Shown here: piece by piece, positions 9,267 to 19,125 of the stretch
Layout: the number at the start of each line of letters is the position of its first letter
Position numbering within the stretch: position 1 is the stretch's first letter
From: Porphyromonadaceae bacterium UBA7176
Lineage (GTDB): Bacteria; Bacteroidota; Bacteroidia; Bacteroidales; Muribaculaceae
Assembly: GCA_002491245.1 (NCBI GenBank)
Contig: DKVO01000036.1
Coordinates: forward strand, 40,273 to 104,272
DNA: 64,000 nucleotides
Reading direction: 5' to 3'
Program-made: the position numbers and the translations under genes
Notes under the pieces: model-generated
What the model was told of the DNA's origin: nothing
Databases searched by the model: none
Seen by the model: only the letters and a program-made list of their open reading frames with translations

Positions 9267-10744
9267 TCCTCGACAAATTTCACAGCCTTATCGATCAACG
9301 GCGACATTACGCAGTCGGAGTCGATAAAGGGTACATGGCTGCGGAAGTTTTCGAAAACGCGCTCAATGCGTGTCGACGATTTGAGCGGACGGCGGAACTC
9401 AAGGGCCTGAGCTGCAGTCATGAGCTCGATGCCGAGCACACGGGTGGTATTGTCGACTACCTGCAAGAGCTTGGTGGCTGAGTTGGCACCCATCGACACA
9501 TGATCTTCCTGACCCTGCGACGAAGGAATACTGTCGCAGCTGCAGGGCCAGCATAGCCCCTTGCTCTGGTTGAGCACCGAAGCGGCGGCGTACTGGGCAA
9601 TCATGAAACCACTGTTGAGACCGGGCTTGGCGACAAGGAACGACGGCAAGCCGCGCGTACCGCTCACAAGCTTGTAGATACGGCGCTCCGAGATATTTGC
9701 CAGCTCGGTCATGGCGATAGCCAGGAAGTCCATAGGCATGGCTATCGGCTCGCCGTGGAAATTGCCTGCGGAGACGATAAGATCGTCGTCGGGGAAGATG
9801 GTTGGATTGTCGGTAGGAGCGCTGACCTCGTTGTCGAAGACATTCATGCAATGGTATATGGTATCGAGCACAGCTCCGTGAACCTGCGGAATGCACCTGA
9901 AGGAGTAGGGGTCTTGAACATGCACCTTATGCTGTGCTATGATCTGACTGTCGGAGAGGATGGCGCGTATGTCGGTGGTAATCTGTATCTGTCCCCTGTG
10001 GTGACGAACACAGTTGACCTGTTCGCCGAACGGCTCGATACGGCCGTCGAAAGCATCGAGACTCATGGCTGCGATATATCTTGCCGCGATATTGAGATTA
10101 TGCGACCGGTAGAGCGACCACAGACCGTGGGCGAGCATGAACTGGGTGCCGTTGAGGAGTGCAAGCCCCTCTTTCGACTTAAGCTGAAGAGGCTTCCATC
10201 CCATCTGGACGAGGACGTCGGCAGCAGGCATTGTCCGCCCTTTGTAGACCACTTCTCCCAGGCCAATCAGAGGCAGACACATATTGGCCAGCGGAGCGAG
10301 ATCGCCCGAGGCTCCGAGCGATCCCTGACGGTATACGACCGGCACGATATCGTTGTTGTAGAAATCGAGCAGACGCTGCACTGTAGCGAGCTGCACACCG
10401 GAGTTGCCATAGCTCAACGACTGGACCTTGAGGAGCATCATGAGTTTGACAATATGGTCGGGCACCCGTTCGCCAACACCGCAGGCATGACTCATCACAA
10501 GGTTACGCTGAAGCTGCTCGAGATCGTCGGCTCCGATGGATATGTTGCATAGGGAGCCGAAGCCTGTGGTGATGCCATAGAGCGGCTCGGAAGTACGTGA
10601 TATTTTATTGTCGAGATAGTCGCGGCATTTGACGATACGCTCCACGGCTTCTTTTCCAAGCTCTACATAGTCGCCTTCCTGGAGTACGGAACAATAGGAG
10701 AATACGCCCGGTCTATCGGGTTTGACTGTATATGTTTTATTCAT
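9257..10744 (-). CDS. hutH: Histidine ammonia-lyase
   Basis: Motifs YGITTGFG, the MIO-forming GASGDLAPL, and QDPYSFRC. Confidence 0.96.
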   Translation of the reverse strand: MNKTYTVKPDRPGVFSYCSVLQEGDYVELGKEAVERIVKCRDYLDNKISRTSEPLYGITTGFGSLCNISIGADDLEQLQRNLVMSHACGVGERVPDHIVKLMMLLKVQSLSYGNSGVQLATVQRLLDFYNNDIVPVVYRQGSLGASGDLAPLANMCLPLIGLGEVVYKGRTMPAADVLVQMGWKPLQLKSKEGLALLNGTQFMLAHGLWSLYRSHNLNIAARYIAAMSLDAFDGRIEPFGEQVNCVRHHRGQIQITTDIRAILSDSQIIAQHKVHVQDPYSFRCIPQVHGAVLDTIYHCMNVFDNEVSAPTDNPTIFPDDDLIVSAGNFHGEPIAMPMDFLAIAMTELANISERRIYKLVSGTRGLPSFLVAKPGLNSGFMIAQYAAASVLNQSKGLCWPCSCDSIPSSQGQEDHVSMGANSATKLLQVVDNTTRVLGIELMTAAQALEFRRPLKSSTRIERVFENFRSHVPFIDSDCVMSPLIDKAVKFVEEWR

Positions 10745-12747
10745 TTCAGTGCATTTTCGATTATTGATTCTTCGGTAAAATTGGGCAGGGTGACGGTCAA
10801 GCCCGGCGTGCGGTCCATCTCGCGACGGATAGCGTCGACAGCACCAGTATTACGGGCCCACGAACGACGGGCGATGCCGTTGTTGACATCCCAAAGGAGC
10901 ATCGAGCTGATACGCTCTGCCGCGGCTTCGCTGCCATCGATCACCATGCCGAAGCCTCCGTTGACGACTTCGCCCCAACCGACGCCGCCACCGTTATGGA
11001 GCGACACCCATGTGGCTCCGCGGAAGGCGTCGCCTATGACATTCTGCACAGCCATGTCGGCGCAATAACGCGAGCCATCGTAGATATTCGACGTCTCGCG
11101 GAAAGGGGAGTCAGTACCGCTCACGTCGTGGTGGTCGCGGCCGAGAACAACCGGAGCCGAGATTTCGCCACGGGCTATGGCTTCGTTGAATGCAAGTGCG
11201 ATTTTTGCACGACCTTCGGCGTCGGCGTAGAGTATACGGGCCTGCGAACCGACAACAAGGTGATTTCGTCCGGCCTCTTTAATCCAGTGGATATTGTCGT
11301 CGAGCTGACCTTTGATGTCTTCCGGTGCTGTCCGGCGTATATCTTCAAGCACTTCAGCGGCGAGGCGGTCGGTAACGGCAAGATCTTCAGGCTTGCCCGA
11401 AGTAACAACCCAACGGAAAGGGCCAAATCCGTAGTCGAAGAACAACGGGCCCATAATATCCTGAACATAAGACGGATAGCGGAATGTACCATCGGAATTC
11501 ATGACATCCGCACCAGCTCTTGAGCTTTCGAGGAGGAAGGCATTCCCGTAGTCGAAGAAATACATTCCCTTGGCAGTCAACTTATTAATCGCCTCTACTT
11601 GACGCCGCAACGACTCCTGCACCCGACGTTTAAACTCGTCAGGGTCTTCGGCCATCATGGCTTTTGCCTCCTCAAAACCCAATCCGACAGGATAATAACC
11701 TCCGGCCCAGGGATTGTGTAGCGAAGTCTGGTCACTACCCAGCTCCACATCCACACCATCGGCGGCAAGTCGTTCCCACAAATCAACGACATTGCCCTGA
11801 TAGGCGAGAGAAACCGTCTCTTTGGCAGCACGAGCTTTGGCGGCTCGGCAGAGGAGAGCATCGAGGTCGGTATACACTTCGTCGACCCAACCCTGTTCGT
11901 GGCGTTTGGCCACAGCCTGCGGATTTATCTCAGCTGTAATGCTCACCACGCCGGCGATATTACCGGCCTTGGGTTGTGCTCCCGACATGCCACCGAGGCC
12001 GGCGGTAACGAAGAGCATTCCGGCCAATTTACCGTCTTTGCTATGACGGCGACCGGCGTTGAGAACAGTGATAGTAGTACCGTGTACAATACCTTGAGGA
12101 CCGATATACATATACGACCCGGCTGTCATCTGACCATATTGGCTCACGCCAAGCGCATTGAAACGCTCCCAGTCGTTGGGCTTGGAATAGTTGGGCACAA
12201 CCATGCCGTTTGTCACCACCACACGAGGCGCACCCTCCGACGACGGAAACAGACCGAGAGGATGCCCCGAGTACATCACGAGGGTCTGTCGGTCGGTCAT
12301 CTCGCTGAGATATTTCATCGTCAGGCGGTATTGTGCCCAGTTCTGGAACACGGCTCCATTGCCGCCGTAGGTAATCAGTTCATGTGGATGCTGGGCCACG
12401 GCAGGGTCGAGGTTGTTCTGTATCATCATCATGATTGCCGCAGCCTGACGCGACCGGGCTGGGTACTCGTCGATAGGCCTGGCATACATTTCGTAGTCGG
12501 GCCTATAGCGGTACATGTAGATACGGCCGTAGCGACGCAATTCGTCGGCAAACTCCGGGGCAAGCTCTGCGTGGAGAGATGCCGGGAAGTAGCGCAGAGC
12601 ATTACGCAGGGCGAGGCGTTCTTCGTCGGGCGAGAGAATTTTCTTACGCTTGGGTGCATGGTTGACCGAGGGGTCGTAAGGTTTGGATGAAGGCAAAGTA
12701 GACGGGATGCCTTCTGCAACGGCGATTTTGAACTCTTCGGATGTCAT
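10741..12747 (-). CDS. hutU: Urocanate hydratase (long Bacteroidota type)
   Basis: Motifs YGQMTAGS, GLGGMSGAQP and LHNGGGVGWG. Confidence 0.96.
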   Translation of the reverse strand: MTSEEFKIAVAEGIPSTLPSSKPYDPSVNHAPKRKKILSPDEERLALRNALRYFPASLHAELAPEFADELRRYGRIYMYRYRPDYEMYARPIDEYPARSRQAAAIMMMIQNNLDPAVAQHPHELITYGGNGAVFQNWAQYRLTMKYLSEMTDRQTLVMYSGHPLGLFPSSEGAPRVVVTNGMVVPNYSKPNDWERFNALGVSQYGQMTAGSYMYIGPQGIVHGTTITVLNAGRRHSKDGKLAGMLFVTAGLGGMSGAQPKAGNIAGVVSITAEINPQAVAKRHEQGWVDEVYTDLDALLCRAAKARAAKETVSLAYQGNVVDLWERLAADGVDVELGSDQTSLHNPWAGGYYPVGLGFEEAKAMMAEDPDEFKRRVQESLRRQVEAINKLTAKGMYFFDYGNAFLLESSRAGADVMNSDGTFRYPSYVQDIMGPLFFDYGFGPFRWVVTSGKPEDLAVTDRLAAEVLEDIRRTAPEDIKGQLDDNIHWIKEAGRNHLVVGSQARILYADAEGRAKIALAFNEAIARGEISAPVVLGRDHHDVSGTDSPFRETSNIYDGSRYCADMAVQNVIGDAFRGATWVSLHNGGGVGWGEVVNGGFGMVIDGSEAAAERISSMLLWDVNNGIARRSWARNTGAVDAIRREMDRTPGLTVTLPNFTEESIIENALK

Positions 12748-14447
12748 TTCGATGATATTTTTTCGTTTACAATGGCCAGAATGGAGGCTTCTTCGCGATC
12801 CGCATCAGCAACCAGAACAGCGGCCTCGTCCATAATTACGTCGACAGCGCCATCGGAGATATCGGCAGCGTTGATTTTCATGTTGAGATAGGCTCCGTGG
12901 ATGGCGGCACGTGCAGCAAGAGCGCCTACGCCGGCATCACTGGCCGATGCCGGATTGCCATTCTCGGCCACCCGGCGCAGAAGAGCGAATGTGGCGAACG
13001 TTTCACACAAAGTGCGGAAAGGTACTTCGACGGCATTTACCGTCGCATCGTGAATAGCCTTTACCCTTGCTTCTTTCTCTGCTTCGGTGGTCTTGGGCAT
13101 ACCGAAAGCTGCCATGATGGAGTTAAAAGCCTCAGTATCGCGGTCAACGAGAACAAGCAAGGAATCCATCAGAGACTGTCCCTCCTCGGCCATATCGCTG
13201 AACTCTTCCCATCGGTCGTCCCATCCGGCTTTATGGGCTGCGAGATTTGCCACCATCGTACCTAAAGCGGCAGCCAAGGCTCCCATATAAGCGGCAACGC
13301 TGCCTCCGCCGGGAGCCGGGGACTCAGAGGCTGTAGTTTCGGCAAAACGGCTTACGGAGAGGTCGACCAGATGAGCTTGCTTTGGTTGCCGTGCGGCAAG
13401 AACATCCTCAACCACTTTTTCTTCTACCACAAAAGGACGCAACTCATCGAGTCCCATCGATTTGACCGCGATGCGTATCTTTTCCTTATCGGGCACGCCG
13501 AGCGAACGTTGCTGCTTGCGCAGGAAATACTCACCGGCCTCAACAAGAGCCTTGCGCGGAACAAGCCCGACAATTTCGGTACCGGTAACACGTATACCGC
13601 GAGCATCAGCCTTTCGGACAACTTCATCGAAAGCCATGTGGAGTGGAGTGGCGGCTGTGTCGGTTATGTTCATCGACACCTGGGCGATGCCATATTCATC
13701 GATATACCATCCGATAGCTTTCGTACCCTTGAGTGTGCCTGGTTGCATGAGTGGATTACCATCAGCATCCTTGAGTGGTTTGCCTGTCAGTTTTCCACCT
13801 TCACGGAGTGGTCGTCCCTTCTCACGCACATCAAAAGCGATAGCATTTGCCCGTCGTGTCGAAGTTGTATTCAGATTGAAGTTTACAGCAATAAGGAAGT
13901 CGCGAGCACCGATAGCTGTAGCTCCTGTACGGGCTATTTGCTCATCGAATGCTCTGTCGCCGAAATCGGCTCCGTCGTCAGTTCCCATCCTGGCAGCCAA
14001 GCCCTCATATTCGCCCTTGCGGCAAACAGCGAGATTTTTGCGTTCTGGCTTCAAAGCAGCAGCCTCATAAGCATAGACCGGGATACCGAGTTCGTCGGCC
14101 ACTCGTTGGGCAAGACGCCTGGCAAGGTCGGCACATTCTTCAAGTGTGACGCCACTGACCGGTACAAATGGACAGACATCTGTGGCTCCCATACGTGGAT
14201 GTGCGCCGTGATGCTTGCTCATATCGATAAGTTCAGCCGCTTTCCTGATGCCTTGAAAAGCAGCCTCGGCCACCGCTTCGGGCTCTCCGGCAAAGGTAAC
14301 AACCGTCCGGTTTGTCGCTTCTCCGGGATCGACATCGAGCAGAGCTACACCTTCGACAGCTTCTATTGCCTCGGTAATACTTTTGATGTTTTCCATGTTG
14401 CGACCCTCGCTGAAATTGGGTACGCATTCTATGATTTTCCGGTTCAT
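12744..14447 (-). CDS. ftcd: Fused glutamate formiminotransferase / formiminoTHF cyclodeaminase
   Basis: N-terminal IECVPNFSEGR and HPRMGATDV; C-terminal PAPGGGS and NPASASDAGVG. Start set at ATG 14447 because the -7 box lies at 14469-14476. Confidence 0.92.
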   Translation of the reverse strand: MNRKIIECVPNFSEGRNMENIKSITEAIEAVEGVALLDVDPGEATNRTVVTFAGEPEAVAEAAFQGIRKAAELIDMSKHHGAHPRMGATDVCPFVPVSGVTLEECADLARRLAQRVADELGIPVYAYEAAALKPERKNLAVCRKGEYEGLAARMGTDDGADFGDRAFDEQIARTGATAIGARDFLIAVNFNLNTTSTRRANAIAFDVREKGRPLREGGKLTGKPLKDADGNPLMQPGTLKGTKAIGWYIDEYGIAQVSMNITDTAATPLHMAFDEVVRKADARGIRVTGTEIVGLVPRKALVEAGEYFLRKQQRSLGVPDKEKIRIAVKSMGLDELRPFVVEEKVVEDVLAARQPKQAHLVDLSVSRFAETTASESPAPGGGSVAAYMGALAAALGTMVANLAAHKAGWDDRWEEFSDMAEEGQSLMDSLLVLVDRDTEAFNSIMAAFGMPKTTEAEKEARVKAIHDATVNAVEVPFRTLCETFATFALLRRVAENGNPASASDAGVGALAARAAIHGAYLNMKINAADISDGAVDVIMDEAAVLVADADREEASILAIVNEKISSK

Positions 14448-14468
14448 AACGTTTATTTTGGTCCTCCG

Positions 14469-14500
14469 CAAAGATACATATAAGTCGAGTTCAATCCAAA
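14469..14500 (-). promoter_or_regulatory. hut operon promoter
   Basis: Minus-strand TTTG (14500-14497), 20-nt spacer, TATCTTTG (14476-14469). Confidence 0.7.
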
Positions 14501-14532
14501 TTTATTTGACGCAGCAGATAGTATGTCACGAC

Positions 14533-14568
14533 AAAAAATAAAGGAGGGGCCAGATAACCTCTCCTTTA
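14533..14568 (-). terminator. Intrinsic terminator after apt
   Basis: taaaggagggg / cctctcctttaa stem with a T tract on the minus strand. Confidence 0.65.
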
Positions 14569-14590
14569 ATCTATTTGAGATGCAGTTTGA

Positions 14591-15109
14591 TCAGTATGTG
14601 ATTAGCGAAGTCACCTCAACATCGTCGGGCAAGGCTGCTCGGCCGTTGAGCGCAGACAGTTCGATAATGAAATTGACATAGATTTTTTTAGGGTTGAGAC
14701 TCTTCACAAGTTTGATTGCCGCAGCCATTGTTCCACCTGTAGCGAGAACATCGTCGTGGATAACAACGATATCATCAGGAGTGATAGCATCGCGGTGGAT
14801 TTCGATCACATCAGTTCCATATTCCTTGGCATATTCCTGACGAAGAGTATCGGCTGGAAGTTTACCGGGTTTGCGGCACGGCACGAAACCGGCACCAAGT
14901 TCGAATGCGAGTATCGAGCCGCCGATAAAACCGCGGCTTTCGATACCAACGACTTTAGTCACGCCTTTATCACGGTAGAGTTGCGATAAATCCCAACCGA
15001 TAATATGAAGCGCACGCGGATCTTTGAATGCCGTGGTAAGATCGTAGAAAAGGATGCCTTTGGAAGGATAATCGGCAACCTCGCGAATTTTTGATTTTAT
15101 GTATTCCAT
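14591..15109 (-). CDS. apt: Adenine phosphoribosyltransferase
   Basis: Motifs GIESRGF, RKPGKLP and DDVLATGGT. Confidence 0.95.
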   Translation of the reverse strand: MEYIKSKIREVADYPSKGILFYDLTTAFKDPRALHIIGWDLSQLYRDKGVTKVVGIESRGFIGGSILAFELGAGFVPCRKPGKLPADTLRQEYAKEYGTDVIEIHRDAITPDDIVVIHDDVLATGGTMAAAIKLVKSLNPKKIYVNFIIELSALNGRAALPDDVEVTSLITY

Positions 15110-15149
15110 AGTAAGTAAATTGTTGATATTCTAATTTTTGCAGCGAATT

Positions 15150-15165
15150 TGTTTCACGTGGAACA
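15150..15165. promoter_or_regulatory. parS centromere-like site
   Basis: TGTTTCACGTGGAACA is 15/16 to the TGTTTCACGTGAAACA consensus and lies just downstream of mnmG. Confidence 0.88.
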
Positions 15166-15168
15166 AAT

Positions 15169-17055
15169 TCATCTATTCATCATAAGCAGCAATATGTTGA
15201 CATCACTGGGCGAAATACCTGGTATGCGCGAAGCTTCTCCGACAGTTTCGGGCCTATGCTTCTCCAGTTTCTGCCGGCCTTCGGTCGATATGGCTGTAAT
15301 GCGCGAATAATCCATATCAGACGGAAGACGCACATCTTCGAGCCGTCCAAGTTTATCGGCGATAAGCTGCTCGCGTGCGATATATCCGCGGTATTTGATG
15401 AGTATTTCGGCAGCCTCTACGATTTCTTCGCGTCTGTCGTTGGGCAAGCTGCTTATAAGTTTACCTAATGGAGCAACAACTCCAGCGAGCATATTCACCG
15501 ACAGTTGGGGACGCTGTATAAGATCGGCAAGTTTGGTACCCTGACGGAGAGGTGTAGTTCCGGCAGCGACAAGAAGGCTGTCTACTTCGGCAGGATGCAC
15601 GGTCAGGCGGTCGGCAAGATCTATAATCTTGTCGCGCCAAGTACGCTTATCCGACATAAGGTCGTATCGCCGCTTATCCGCAAGACCAAGTTCATAAGCC
15701 AAGGGGGTAAGACGCATATCGGCATCGTCCTGACGTAGCAGTATGCGATATTCGGCTCTTGAGGTAAACATGCGGTAAGGTTCATCCACACCCTTGGTTA
15801 CAAGATCATCGATAAGCACACCGATATATGCTTTATCTCGGGCAAGAGTGAATTGCTGCCGTCCGAGAGCGGCAAGGGCGGCATTAGCCCCGGCTACAAG
15901 TCCCTGACCGGCAGCTTCCTCGTATCCGGTAGTACCATTGATCTGACCGGCAAAATAAAGACCTTCGACAAGACGGGTCTCAAGAGTATGCCGGAGCTGT
16001 GTGGGGTCGAAGAAATCATATTCTATGGCATATCCGGCACGATAGTATTGGGCATCGGCAAGGGCCGGCACAGTCGACAGAGCTTCAAACTGGATATCCA
16101 TCGGCATCGATGACGAAAAACCATTGATATAAAACTCCACGGTTGTCTCGCCTTCCGGCTCAAGAAAAAGCTGGTGCTCATCTTTATCGGCAAAGGTAAC
16201 GATTTTAGTCTCTATAGAGGGACAATAACGCGGACCAATGCTCTGGATCTGCCCATTGTAAAGAGGAGAATCAGGAAGTCCACGACGAAGTATTTCGTGA
16301 GTTTCGGGGTTGGTATAGGCGATATAGCAATCGCGTTGAAGCAATTCCGACTTCACCTCCGGCAGATATGAGAAGTGATGGAAGCCGCTTTCGCCTCCTT
16401 GTATTTTAGTCTTAGAGAAATCTATTGTACGGCCATCGACACGCACCGGCGTTCCAGTCTTCATCCTATCGGAGCGGAAACCGAGCGAACGCAACTGCTC
16501 GGTGATGCCACGTGCCGCAGGTTCGGCCGTACGCCCTCCCTCAAGAGACACACGCCCTATATGCATCAGACCATTCAGGAATGTCCCGTTCGTCAACACT
16601 ACCTTACGGGCTTTGAACGAGGCTCCATCGGCAACATGTACGCCGGCAAGCCTCCCTTCTTCATCGAAAATAAGACTGTCAACAGCACCCTGCCACATCG
16701 AAAGACCTTCGGTATGCTCGAGGATATCGCGCCATGCCGCCGAAAACTTGTTACGGTCGGCCTGACTGCGCGGACTCCACATAGCAGGTCCTTTAGAGCG
16801 GTTGAGCATACGGAACTGTATCGACGTCCTGTCGGTGACAATTCCCATCATGCCGCCCATAGCATCGATTTCGCGCACAATCTGCCCTTTGGCAATACCA
16901 CCCACGGCCGGGTTGCAGCTCATCTGTGCAATCTTGTTCATATCCATAGTCACCAGCAATGTACGCGCCCCAAGACGGGCGGCGGCATGGGCAGCCTCGC
17001 ATCCGGCATGACCGGCGCCGACAACTATCACATCGAAATCAAATCGCATATTCAA
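15169..17055 (-). CDS. mnmG: tRNA uridine 5-carboxymethylaminomethyl modification enzyme MnmG (GidA)
   Basis: Motifs GAGHAGCEAA, SCNPAVGG, GPRYCPSIE and GQINGTTGYEEAA. The start may be 17049. Confidence 0.97.
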   Translation of the reverse strand: MNMRFDFDVIVVGAGHAGCEAAHAAARLGARTLLVTMDMNKIAQMSCNPAVGGIAKGQIVREIDAMGGMMGIVTDRTSIQFRMLNRSKGPAMWSPRSQADRNKFSAAWRDILEHTEGLSMWQGAVDSLIFDEEGRLAGVHVADGASFKARKVVLTNGTFLNGLMHIGRVSLEGGRTAEPAARGITEQLRSLGFRSDRMKTGTPVRVDGRTIDFSKTKIQGGESGFHHFSYLPEVKSELLQRDCYIAYTNPETHEILRRGLPDSPLYNGQIQSIGPRYCPSIETKIVTFADKDEHQLFLEPEGETTVEFYINGFSSSMPMDIQFEALSTVPALADAQYYRAGYAIEYDFFDPTQLRHTLETRLVEGLYFAGQINGTTGYEEAAGQGLVAGANAALAALGRQQFTLARDKAYIGVLIDDLVTKGVDEPYRMFTSRAEYRILLRQDDADMRLTPLAYELGLADKRRYDLMSDKRTWRDKIIDLADRLTVHPAEVDSLLVAAGTTPLRQGTKLADLIQRPQLSVNMLAGVVAPLGKLISSLPNDRREEIVEAAEILIKYRGYIAREQLIADKLGRLEDVRLPSDMDYSRITAISTEGRQKLEKHRPETVGEASRIPGISPSDVNILLLMMNR

Positions 17056-17058
17056 ATA

Positions 17059-17490
17059 TTAATTAATGGCATCGAGCATAGCAAGGGCCTCGTCTTCGGC
17101 TCGCTCCATTATCTCGCGTTCGCCAGGACCCTTATCATTGATGCCGCAAAGGTGGAGCACCCCGTGAATAATAACTCTATAAAGCTCCCTTATATATTCA
17201 TATCCAAGCTCTTGAGCATTACTGCGGACCGTATCGAGCGAAATAAACATGTCGCCACGCAAAAGGCTACCGACACAATCGTCGAAAGTAATGATATCCG
17301 TAAAGTAATGATGATCAAGATATTGGGCGTTAACTTCAAAAATCTTCGCATCATCGCAAAAGATATAATTAAGAGAGCGCACCTTTCGATTGTGAACATC
17401 GGCGACTTGGACGATCCATCGCTCAAGCCGTTCATAATCAAGTTCGGGGAGTGGAACACCCGAAGTTAACCATTGATAAGCGGGCGTCAT
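17059..17490 (-). CDS. ybeY: rRNA maturation RNase YbeY
   Basis: Motifs TDIITF and HGVLHLCG. Start placed at ATG 17490, downstream of a -7 box near 17509-17516. Confidence 0.9.
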   Translation of the reverse strand: MTPAYQWLTSGVPLPELDYERLERWIVQVADVHNRKVRSLNYIFCDDAKIFEVNAQYLDHHYFTDIITFDDCVGSLLRGDMFISLDTVRSNAQELGYEYIRELYRVIIHGVLHLCGINDKGPGEREIMERAEDEALAMLDAIN

Positions 17491-17849
17491 ATTATACTTA
17501 TTGAAACGCAAAGATACAAAATTTTTCAATCCCACACATTACCACGTCAACACAAAATCTATTTCGCCTGAAAATACAAAATAACTAAAACAACATAAAG
17601 CGCTAACAGACAATAATATACACCTTAACAAGACGCCGTGAGAATTTGATATTCGCCCACATCAGCACACACGGCCATGAAAATAACAGCCTTACAAAGG
17701 CTGTTGAACGGATTTAATGCTACAGAGCCTACCAAATTACATTACTGCAACAATTCAATCAAAATTCTGCAAAGGCGTTGCAGATAATACTACTCTACCC
17801 TAATTTTGCACACGAAATGAAAAAAGCCGAACATACATCGATACGTACG

Positions 17850-19043
17850 ATGCGTACGCTCCTTATTATGATAGCCGCCACAATAGCGACTGTGGTGGCT
17901 TGTACAGACAAAGACAACTACCGGGCCGATCATGGGGTCCCTCCGTGCGAATACACCGAAGAGCTCAACAATCTGTTCGCTCCCATATTCCCGGACAATG
18001 AACCGGGCGCTATAGTCACCGTGATGCGCAACGACTCCATCATCTACAATCACGCATTCGGTCTCGCCCGTCTCGACTCGGTATGCCGCATCACCGACAG
18101 TACCTTGTTCAACATGGCTTCTTCGTCAAAGATTTTCTGTTCGGCAGCCCTACTCAAACTTAGCGAGCAAGGATTGATTTCTCTCGACGACAGTCTTGCC
18201 AAATTCTTCCCTGAATTCGAAGCACCGTTTTTCAAAGAAATCAGAGTGCGCGACATACTTACCCACTCCTCCGGTCTTCCCGACGTACGCCCTCGCAACA
18301 ACGAAAGTTGGAACAACTACCTTGCAAAGCACAACTCGGCATTCGGCGAAGAGAGCGACTACAAACGTTACAGCACCGAAGCGGAGCACATACAATTCTT
18401 TGAAGATCTCGATACCGTGGCACTCACCCCGAGTTCACACTACCTGCGTTCCGACCCTGCATTCGTTCTGGTGGCACCCCTCATTGAGCGTATCACCGGA
18501 CACAGCTTCGATGAATGGATGGCCGACAACCTGTTCAAACCGGCCGGAATGACCGACACACGCTACTTCAACGCCGGAGACCTCCTGCCTCGTGCCTCAC
18601 ACGGATACCGCCGCAGCGAGGGCAAAACAGCTCCTGGTGTATTCCGCAGCTCTGACGGAAAATGGGAAGAATATGACTACGGAGAAGTCGACTTCTTCCT
18701 CACCAAAGCCGACAGGGGCGCATTCTCATCAGCCCGAGACTTCATGCGCTGGAACAAAGCCCTCTACTCAGGCAAAATCATATCTCTCGCATTGGTCGAC
18801 AGCATCAACACAGGCTATATACCATCAGATATACCTTATGTGTCGTACGGACTTGCAAACGCAGTGGCAAAGAAACCCGGAAAACCTGTCAAAATATACC
18901 ATGCCAATACAAATGGCGGTTATGGCATCGTCGAAGCCACAATCCCGAGCGAGAACATAAGCTATCTCATATTCTCGACAAGGGCCGACTGGGACCTCAT
19001 CGAAGTATTCGAGAAAGTAGATTCGATACTCCTGAAATTATAA
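17850..19043 (+). CDS. Serine hydrolase / beta-lactamase-family (class C-like) lipoprotein with a non-canonical motif 2
   Basis: Lipobox VVAC, FNMASSSK (SxxK) and LTHSSGL. The YxN position reads RSD. Alternative start at 17818. Confidence 0.82.
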   Translation: MRTLLIMIAATIATVVACTDKDNYRADHGVPPCEYTEELNNLFAPIFPDNEPGAIVTVMRNDSIIYNHAFGLARLDSVCRITDSTLFNMASSSKIFCSAALLKLSEQGLISLDDSLAKFFPEFEAPFFKEIRVRDILTHSSGLPDVRPRNNESWNNYLAKHNSAFGEESDYKRYSTEAEHIQFFEDLDTVALTPSSHYLRSDPAFVLVAPLIERITGHSFDEWMADNLFKPAGMTDTRYFNAGDLLPRASHGYRRSEGKTAPGVFRSSDGKWEEYDYGEVDFFLTKADRGAFSSARDFMRWNKALYSGKIISLALVDSINTGYIPSDIPYVSYGLANAVAKKPGKPVKIYHANTNGGYGIVEATIPSENISYLIFSTRADWDLIEVFEKVDSILLKL

Positions 19044-19056
19044 AACATCACGCTTG

Positions 19057-19107
19057 AAAAAACAGTAGCGCGGCGTTCCTTTCAACAAGGCGCCGCGCTA
19101 CTGTTTT
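19057..19107. terminator. Bidirectional intrinsic terminator
   Basis: aaaacagtagcgcggcg / cgccgcgctactgtttt stem between convergent genes. Confidence 0.85.
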
Positions 19108-19125
19108 ATATATCTTAAAGCCTCA

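Noticed and set aside
17491-17817. AT-rich intergenic region near mnmG as a possible oriC
   Set aside because: No DnaA-box cluster is visible. The two TTATCCACA matches I noticed (21944 and 39765) are isolated and inside CDSs.
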